Part shown: positions 59,489 to 64,000 of the stretch, piece by piece
How positions within the stretch are numbered: the first letter of the stretch is position 1
How the letters are laid out: every line of letters begins with the position of its first letter
Source: a bacterium
GTDB taxonomy: Bacteria > UBA4055
Direction of reading: 5' to 3'
Assembly: GCA_029559475.1 (NCBI GenBank)
Contig: JAKQBN010000055.1
Span: 7,089 to 71,088, forward strand
Length of the DNA: 64,000 nucleotides
Position numbers and translations under genes: made by a program
The notes under the pieces: generated by a model
What the model was told of the DNA's origin: nothing
The model's database searches: none
What the model saw: only the letters and a program-made list of their open reading frames with translations

Positions 59489-59887
59489 GAAGCAGACAAA
59501 GAAATATCATTTGTGTTTCAAGAATACTGGCGTTAAATTACTAACTAAAATTTTTATTGAAACAAAAGTATGTAACCGCAAGAGGCAATGTTGAAATAGC
59601 ACAGGCTGATATGTAACTACAATTCAGCAATAAATTTTCGCAGAAAATGAGACGAGTTGAAAATAAAAATTTGAAAAATTGGAGAAGTTATATATGGAAT
59701 GGTTAAATAAACTTTTCGGCAGGAAAGAAAATTCGGTAACTTCCGCGCCTAGCCAAAATCAAATATGCAGCGTCTGTGAACAAGAATATAAGATCGAAGT
59801 AGATTCTGTTGCCGTTTGACTTGAGTTTACATACACAAAAAGCTTGATATTCTGCTAAAAACAATCTAAATTACTTGAAAAGGAGTT

Positions 59888-60589
59888 GTGATGTCAACAA
59901 CACTAAAGAATTCCACAAAGGAAACTAGTACCAATGCTGATAGTCCTGTAGAAGGACTTGTGTCATTGTCAGCCATAGAAAATCCGGAAAATTATATTGG
60001 ACAAACAGCATTTGATCCAGGTAATGGACATTATCTCGGAAAATTAGTCAGTATAGAAAAAGAGAATGGGAAATGCTTGGTCAAAACCGACTTTGGTAAA
60101 GAAATAAGCCGGGATGTAAATCAAGTGATCGTGACAAATGCTTCGGAGAATACTCAATCCTCTGAAATGAGTTTTAAGGAGGTTAAGAAACTGTATTATA
60201 TATCACGGAGATTTTTGCTTGTTCCCTTTATACTGGGGCTGGGCATTCTTTATTTTGCCTATGGATTGGCTGGAATTTTTGAAAACTATAGTATTTGGAT
60301 AGAAGAGAAGGTTAAGTTTGCTATTGTTGTGGTTATTCTTACTTCAATAATTATATTCCTGTTCATCACCTATGTTGGTAGCATTAAAAGGACAAGTTGG
60401 GGTAGAGTTATGATGATGATTGTGTTTTATGTGTTTATTATTATCAAAATACCGTTCTTCATTTCCCCTATTTTCGCAATTATTGGATTCTTCGAATTTC
60501 GTAAGTCTAAAGCGTTGTTTGGTGAAAATCGGATTACTCATACCGCTATTAAAAAGGAATTTAAATCCCGTAAGGTATTAGGAAAATGA
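59888..60589 (+). CDS. hypothetical membrane protein (soluble N-terminal ~100 aa plus ~4 transmembrane segments)
   Basis: ORF with hydrophobic segments; 4-nt overlap with the following lipoprotein gene. Confidence 0.4.
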   Translation: MMSTTLKNSTKETSTNADSPVEGLVSLSAIENPENYIGQTAFDPGNGHYLGKLVSIEKENGKCLVKTDFGKEISRDVNQVIVTNASENTQSSEMSFKEVKKLYYISRRFLLVPFILGLGILYFAYGLAGIFENYSIWIEEKVKFAIVVVILTSIIIFLFITYVGSIKRTSWGRVMMMIVFYVFIIIKIPFFISPIFAIIGFFEFRKSKALFGENRITHTAIKKEFKSRKVLGK

Positions 60590-60999
60590 GGAATTGGTTA
60601 AACAACATGAAAGGAGATCTTGAAATGAATTACCAATCAGGAATCTGCATGGACTTACGGTGTCACCGCAGACAGCAAGCGTTTATTTATTATGCGTTGA
60701 TCGCTTTTGTTGTCGGCATCGTCCTTGGAGGATGTTCCCATAGTGAGACTAAGTGGAAAGAAACTCAAGAACAGTATACGATTGAAGCCTACATATCTTA
60801 CATGAAAGAGTTACCGGATAGCCCTCATGTAAACGAGGCGAAAGCTCGAATCGAAGAGCTTGAGTGGGAAGCAGCTTTTAAGGCCAAAGACGAGCAGCTA
60901 ATACGTGTCCTTTTAAAGAAGTACCCATCCGACAAGAACCGGATCCGAGCTGAAGAAGTTTTGTGGTCAATCAAGTGGCCAACCGTTAGGCAATCATAA
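60586..60999 (+). CDS. lipoprotein with one copy of a ~37-aa repeat module shared with the following protein
   Basis: Lipobox LGGCS; TIEAYISYMKELPDSPHVNEAKARIEEL resembles the repeats IQAYENFLQVHKNSPYIAEARSRLDSL in the next gene. Confidence 0.45.
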   Translation: MRNWLNNMKGDLEMNYQSGICMDLRCHRRQQAFIYYALIAFVVGIVLGGCSHSETKWKETQEQYTIEAYISYMKELPDSPHVNEAKARIEELEWEAAFKAKDEQLIRVLLKKYPSDKNRIRAEEVLWSIKWPTVRQS

Positions 61000-61018
61000 T
61001 AAGGAACAGTATATACTT

Positions 61019-63076
61019 ATGAAACTTTTAGGAAATATTATCGCTTTGCTGATTGTTGTAGTAATACTTGCAGGATGCGTAAGCACTGCGTATAAGACCG
61101 CAACTATTGCGAATACGATTGCATCTTACGATCAATTCCTTAGAAATCATCCTGGCAGTCAATTTGAATCTGATGCCCGGAGTCGGCTCGACTCGCTGTA
61201 CTTTCAGAGTACCGAGTGGGAAGGTTCGATCCAGGCGTATGAGAACTTCCTTCAAGTGCACAAGAACTCTCCCTATATAGCAGAAGCCCGGAGTCGGCTC
61301 GACTCGCTGTACTTTCAGAGTACCGAGCGGGAAGGTTCGATCTATGCGTATGAGAACTTCCTTCAAGTGCACAAGAACTCTCCCTATATAGCAGAAACCC
61401 GGAGCCGGCTCGACTCGCTGTACTTTCAGAATACCGAGAAGTACTGGGCAGCTGCGCAAGAGACCGACAATATCGAAGGATATGTGGCATTCCTTGATGA
61501 ACATCCCGGGTCGTCTCGTACAAAGGAGGCAACAGCACGAAAAGAATTGCTCGAAAAACACTTGGACGAATGGAAAGATGTCATGCGTAATCCTACCAGG
61601 CAGAGTCTCATGCTTTACTGCGACCGGAATTCGGATAGCCCTTACCTCACAAAAGCAAGGGTTGTAATTCAGGACATGGAAGGACGCGACATCGTCGATC
61701 TCCTGAATGAAAAAAAAGTCGAGATTGAGACCAATGGCAGTGGAATTCAGGAGATAAGAGCCCGTATCCGGAAGCTTGTAGATTATCCTATAAGGGTTCT
61801 TTTTCCTATTGGTAGCTACTTTGTCTCCTCCAGGCTGTCGGCGCAGAACATGGTATCGACAGCAGAGACGAGCATGCATCTTACAGGCAGCGAATGGAAA
61901 TCGGTTTCGATATCGGCAGCATGCGCTAATAGACTAAAGCATATTCCTGGTTCAGAAGACACGTTCACTGTTCAGCGATTATATTTGGAGGAACTGGCTA
62001 GAATTATGCCTGTTCTTGATAAGGCAGGTGTGAGTTACGAAACACGCCAAGCAGCAGTATGGATTGTGACGGACAATGCCGATTACAATGATCTTGGAAT
62101 CCTTGTCCAAGACGACAGAAGTCGAGAAATAAACGAACTTGAAGCGGCGCGTGCCATGAAGATTTGCGTCGAAGCTGGTATTGATATCCGGCTGAAGAGA
62201 ATCTGGAGCGACTGGCAGGAGATTATTACTGGATTGCATGACGCTGAATTGAAGACATGGTTCGCTATTTACGGAGCACATTTTCTTGATTCAGATAAAA
62301 AAAGTGCTAAAGATCGAAATAACAAAAAGGTACAGAAAAATATTGAAGCAATCCCTGAAATGGTATTTGTGGAGGGTGGTACGTTTCAGATGGGAAGTAC
62401 TAGCGGAGATCAAGATGAAAAGCCTGTTCATAATGTAACACTTTCTGATTTTTACATCGGCAAGACTGAGGTGACACAGGCGCAGTACCAGGCTGTCATT
62501 GGCGAAAATCCGTGTTGTTTTAAAGACGATAATTTACCGATAGTAAATGTGTCTTGGTACGATGCAGTTAATTTCTGCAATAGGCTTAGTGAAATGGAGG
62601 GACTGGATATTTGTTACAGTGAAAACGATTTTAAAATTACCTGTAATTTCAAAGCCAAAGGGTACAGGCTCCCGACTGAGGCTGAATGGGAGTATGCAGC
62701 AAGAGGGGGGAATAATAGCAAAGGATACAAGTATTCCGGAAGCAACAATGCAGATGATGTTGCCTCAGAGTATGGTTCGAATCCATATTCTGTAGCAGCA
62801 AAACAGCCTAATGAAATTGGTATATATGATATGAGTGGAAATGTCTGGGAGTGGTGCTTTGATTGGTACCGCAGTTACATGAACAGTCCAAGTAATAATC
62901 CAACAGGGCCAAGTTCGGGCTATAATATAATCTGCAGTGGCATCTGGGACCACTTTGTCGGGTTCTGCCGCGTCCTACGGGGCGGCGACTGGAAATACCG
63001 GTGTGTTGATCGATACTACTATCCCCCATGGCGCAGAATCAACCGCGTCGGCTTTCGTGTCGCAAGGACGCCTTGA
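61019..63076 (+). CDS. lipoprotein with tandem ~37-aa repeats and C-terminal formylglycine-generating-enzyme (FGE/SUMF1) domain
   Basis: Lipobox LAGCVS. 111-nt near-identical tandem repeats (61175-61441). The C-terminus carries FGE-sulfatase motifs (MVFVEGGTFQMGS, YRLPTEAEWEYAARGG, GNVWEWCFDWY, RVLRGGDW...RVGFRV). Confidence 0.75.
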   Translation: MKLLGNIIALLIVVVILAGCVSTAYKTATIANTIASYDQFLRNHPGSQFESDARSRLDSLYFQSTEWEGSIQAYENFLQVHKNSPYIAEARSRLDSLYFQSTEREGSIYAYENFLQVHKNSPYIAETRSRLDSLYFQNTEKYWAAAQETDNIEGYVAFLDEHPGSSRTKEATARKELLEKHLDEWKDVMRNPTRQSLMLYCDRNSDSPYLTKARVVIQDMEGRDIVDLLNEKKVEIETNGSGIQEIRARIRKLVDYPIRVLFPIGSYFVSSRLSAQNMVSTAETSMHLTGSEWKSVSISAACANRLKHIPGSEDTFTVQRLYLEELARIMPVLDKAGVSYETRQAAVWIVTDNADYNDLGILVQDDRSREINELEAARAMKICVEAGIDIRLKRIWSDWQEIITGLHDAELKTWFAIYGAHFLDSDKKSAKDRNNKKVQKNIEAIPEMVFVEGGTFQMGSTSGDQDEKPVHNVTLSDFYIGKTEVTQAQYQAVIGENPCCFKDDNLPIVNVSWYDAVNFCNRLSEMEGLDICYSENDFKITCNFKAKGYRLPTEAEWEYAARGGNNSKGYKYSGSNNADDVASEYGSNPYSVAAKQPNEIGIYDMSGNVWEWCFDWYRSYMNSPSNNPTGPSSGYNIICSGIWDHFVGFCRVLRGGDWKYRCVDRYYYPPWRRINRVGFRVARTP
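61175..61441 (+). repeat. in-frame 111-nt tandem repeat, ~2.4 copies, ~96% identity between copies 1 and 2
   Basis: gcccggagtcggctcgactcgctgtactttcagagtaccgag... repeated; copies 1 and 2 differ at only 4 positions by my count. Confidence 0.8.
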
Positions 63077-63310
63077 TGCATATGGGGGTACTTGCATGCG
63101 GGGGTGGGAATGAGTTACCTTTTAGCCTTCTTACCTTTTTACCTTATTTTTGAATTTGATTTAAACGGGAATATTTTGTATGGTATTTTGGTAAGTCCAT
63201 ATTACAATCGTTGTAAAAGATTGTATTCAGTTGAGAAAGAAAACACTTGCAATAAAACTATTATAGTGTTATATTATAACTAAAATGTAACTACAGAAAG
63301 GAGTAGAGGC

Positions 63311-63496
63311 ATGAATATAACGATAAGAAATATACCGGATGATGTAATTGACAAAATAAAAACAATTTCTAAGATGGAAAAGAGAAGTCTGAATAATGAA
63401 ATTCTCCTTGTCTTAGAACGCGGAATTGAAGATGAATTAAGAAATTCATTCAATATTTACGACGGCAGAACTTTAGGCCGCGAGGTTGAGCTATGA
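63311..63496 (+). CDS. RHH-type antitoxin (VapB/FitA-like)
   Basis: MNITIRNIPDDVIDKIKTISKMEKRSLNNEILLVLE is typical of ribbon-helix-helix antitoxins paired with VapC; its stop overlaps the following ATG. Confidence 0.55.
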   Translation: MNITIRNIPDDVIDKIKTISKMEKRSLNNEILLVLERGIEDELRNSFNIYDGRTLGREVEL

Positions 63497-63696
63497 TCCT
63501 TCTCGATACAGGCATTTGTATTGAAATACTTCGGGGAAACAACTATGCGGTCGAAAGAAGGTAGTCCTACGATGAAAGAGTTACGATCAGTTTCATAGTT
63601 GCCACCGTTTTCACTAAATGTACAAAACTAGTCACCGGCAATACAAAACACTTTGACAGGTTCGAGAATCTTACGATTGAAAACTGGCTGAAATAG
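63493..63696 (+). pseudogene. disrupted vapC (PIN toxin) remnant
   Basis: MILLDTGICIEILRGNNYAVERR then an in-frame TAG; downstream same-frame residue ...LVTGNTKHFDRFENLTIENWLK resembles a VapC C-terminus; ~60 aa appear to be missing. Confidence 0.45.
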
Positions 63697-63789
63697 GGTT
63701 ACTGCTCAACTGCCACTTTGTTTATCAAGCAGTATATTATTTTAAAAGAGAATATTGACAATGTATGTCAAATGCCTTATATTGCTTTT

Positions 63790-64000
63790 ATGAAGATATT
63801 CAAGTGGAATGCAGAGAAAAACGAAACACTTTCAAAAGAAAGAGGCATTACTTTTGAGGAGATCATTCAAAGAATTGAAGCAGGTGCGGCAGTAATAGAA
63901 ACTGATCATCCGAATAAAGAAAAGTATCCCAATCAGAAAATTCTGATCGTTGATGTCGAAGGATACGCATATTTAGTTCCGTGCGTGATCACAGGAGATG
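63790..64000 (+). CDS. BrnT-like (DUF497) toxin, partial (runs off the window end)
   Basis: MKIFKWNAEKNETLSKERGITFEEI resembles BrnT MxFEWDxxKxxxNxxKHGVSFEE. Confidence 0.45.
   Translation, partial: MKIFKWNAEKNETLSKERGITFEEIIQRIEAGAAVIETDHPNKEKYPNQKILIVDVEGYAYLVPCVITGD

Noticed and set aside
59694-59819. 41-aa ORF MEWLNKLFGRKENSVTSAPSQNQICSVCEQEYKIEVDSVAV with a GGAGAAG Shine-Dalgarno upstream
   Set aside because: Plausible small protein but no supporting evidence. Left unannotated.
61175-61441. Possible CRISPR array, because of the regular repeats
   Set aside because: The repeats are 111 nt, directly tandem with no unique spacers, in-frame coding and inside a gene. No CRISPR-like 25-40-nt repeat-spacer array was seen anywhere in the window.
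61028-61879. 283-aa and 132-aa minus-strand ORFs (61028..61879, 61140..61538) antisense to the FGE-lipoprotein gene
   Set aside because: They lie entirely inside the GC-rich 111-nt tandem repeats of a well-supported plus-strand gene and produce Arg/Ser/Pro-rich low-complexity products. These are shadow ORFs.
63090-63130. G-rich stretch gggggtacttgcatgcgggggtggg downstream of the FGE gene
   Set aside because: Only three G-runs are clearly present and there is no context. Not enough to propose a G-quadruplex or regulatory element.

Overview
This 64-kb window comes from a bacterium with moderate GC that uses Shine-Dalgarno sequences. A type IX secretion (T9SS) C-terminal sorting domain on one protein suggests the Fibrobacterota-Chlorobiota-Bacteroidota (FCB) group, but that placement is an inference. 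The centre of the window (about 14.4-35 kb) is a conserved housekeeping block: kpsF-like isomerase, mutS, pyrG, folC, rho, a YfhO-family membrane protein, the H+/Na+ pyrophosphatase hppA, MscS, dgkA, a PAP2 phosphatase, a DEAD-box helicase, a cation-diffusion-facilitator (CDF) transporter and a cyclophilin carrying the T9SS domain. The flanks are accessory DNA that is visibly AT-richer by eye.

Left accessory region, 1-13 kb:
- An MmeI-like type IIG restriction-modification enzyme, followed by a DUF4062-like protein and a Schlafen/AlbA_2-HATPase protein.
- A GC-richer MoxR ATPase plus a VWA/HExxH-metallopeptidase pair. The second gene can only be translated from its start codon if one nucleotide is added to an A4 run.
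- A KilA-N/ORF6N protein plus an AAA ATPase. A palindromic 15-nt element is shared upstream of both operons.

Right accessory region, about 35.5-51.9 kb: an array of cassettes that appears to have accreted at the 3' end of an ABC-2 permease gene. About 50 nt of the permease 3' end, including its last 16 codons and stop, is duplicated 1.8 kb upstream. More degenerate related motifs recur at cassette boundaries. Cassette contents, in order:
- a RhuM-family protein;
- a DUF4160/DUF2442 pair;
- a small predicted outer-membrane protein;
- an AAA-DUF4143 ATPase;
- a truncated PNP/MTA-nucleosidase fragment;
- an AbiL-like RloB plus AAA_21 ATPase pair;
- a phage Gp37/Gp68 (DUF5131) protein;
- a tightly coupled, very AT-rich six-gene operon: B12-binding-like radical SAM, ParB-like, small PD-(D/E)xK, compact SNF2 helicase, second ParB-like paralogue, HEPN-like protein. 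I could not assign this gene set to any described defence or DNA-modification system. It is my lead candidate for a novel system;
- an HTH-XRE/Panacea(DUF4065) protein and a PIN toxin-antitoxin pair.

Downstream of the array:
- An ABC/HlyD/TolC/TetR efflux operon with an unexpected PflA-like radical SAM gene embedded in it.
- Lipoproteins with a 111-nt near-perfect tandem repeat and a formylglycine-generating-enzyme (FGE, sulfatase-modifying) domain.
- A toxin-antitoxin cluster at the right edge (RHH antitoxin, disrupted vapC, partial BrnT-like toxin).

I found no rRNA, tRNA or CRISPR array by eye. All coordinates and identities come from manual reading; percent identities, GC comparisons and domain assignments still need computational confirmation.
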